Assembly (NCBI GenBank): GCA_900313705.1
Contig: OMSJ01000001.1
Coordinates: 15,115-79,114, forward strand
Length of the DNA: 64,000 nucleotides
Direction of reading: 5' to 3'
Source of the DNA: an uncultured Prevotellaceae bacterium
GTDB taxonomy: Bacteria; Bacteroidota; Bacteroidia; Bacteroidales; Bacteroidaceae
The notes under the pieces are model-generated. The model worked only from the letters and a program-made list of their open reading frames with translations. It ran no database searches and had not been told where the DNA came from. Shown here in pieces: positions 63,552-64,000 of the stretch. A program made the position numbers and the translations under genes. The first letter of the stretch is position 1, and the number at the start of each line of letters is the position of its first letter.

Positions 63552-64000
63552 TATTTTTTTCTGAAAGGGCACACATCTTGAAGACTTTTTCAGTAAGAAT
63601 TGAGTCTATTGCTTGCTCTATATGCTGAAAGGCATAATATCGGGGATGAAAAAGGACCGGCACGAGAAAAAAGAGGCGAAATAATTTGTACGGATGAAGA
63701 ATTTGTCCTACATTTGCAGCCGCTAAAGCGAGAAACAGCATGACCGGATAGGTAAAATCGACTGCATGACAGTGTAACAGACTGGGGGACTTGCCCCTAC
63801 AGACATCCTTCGCAGGAGAGGGGTGCTCTGTGCGTTCTTTTATTTATTGTTACACTTAATCATGTAGTTATGAGAAAACGATTTAATCATTGCTGTGTGT
63901 GTACGTGCTCTCCCGAAAGAGGAGTAGCGTTTATGGATGTCGAGATGCTGAAGGGCATCGTGAATCGCGGAATACATGCCATCCGTTGTGCTTCCACCTG

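Noticed and set aside
63532-63741. 69-aa minus-strand ORF upstream of the 915-aa gene
   Set aside because: It overlaps the promoter regions of both flanking transcription units. It has a hydrophobic low-complexity sequence and no start context.

Overview
This is a 64-kb chromosomal window from a Bacteroidota genome, most likely Prevotellaceae. The inference rests on TAnnTTTG -7 promoter boxes, T9SS C-terminal sorting tails, lipoprotein signals and DUF2723/DUF2851/DUF4956 gene content. I call about 53 protein genes and one tRNA-Leu(UAG). I see no rRNA, CRISPR array, transposase, integrase or recognisable defence genes. Most genes are housekeeping: topA, greA, dprA, dapB, lepB, rluA-like, queG, rbfA, two C1 aminopeptidases, argB, rsgA, frr, rfbA, xth. 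Accessory content: a roughly 1570-aa BspA-LRR/GLUG T9SS surface protein followed by an unannotated 58-aa ORF; a GH5/AraC pair; a mannose isomerase/ROK kinase/MFS cluster; two paralogous EEP-family T9SS proteins; and a VTC(polyphosphate polymerase-like)-DUF4956-DUF2490-T9SS-beta-helix cluster of unknown function. The most unusual property is an extremely dense population of short repeat elements. (1) GC-rich palindromic MITE-like elements sit IN FRAME inside unrelated protein genes (wbqC, queG, anaerobic sulfatase maturase, pepC, an MFS transporter, rluA-like). (2) TGGTCAA/TGTTCAA heptamer arrays lie inside five coding regions, always in the only stop-free orientation. (3) Intergenic hairpins have arms built from 7-, 8- or 16-mer tandem repeats and often supply the stop codon and last residues of the flanking gene. 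(4) Four tandem arrays have an exact 22-bp period. All functional calls come from reading the translated ORFs and remembered family motifs. No database search was run.
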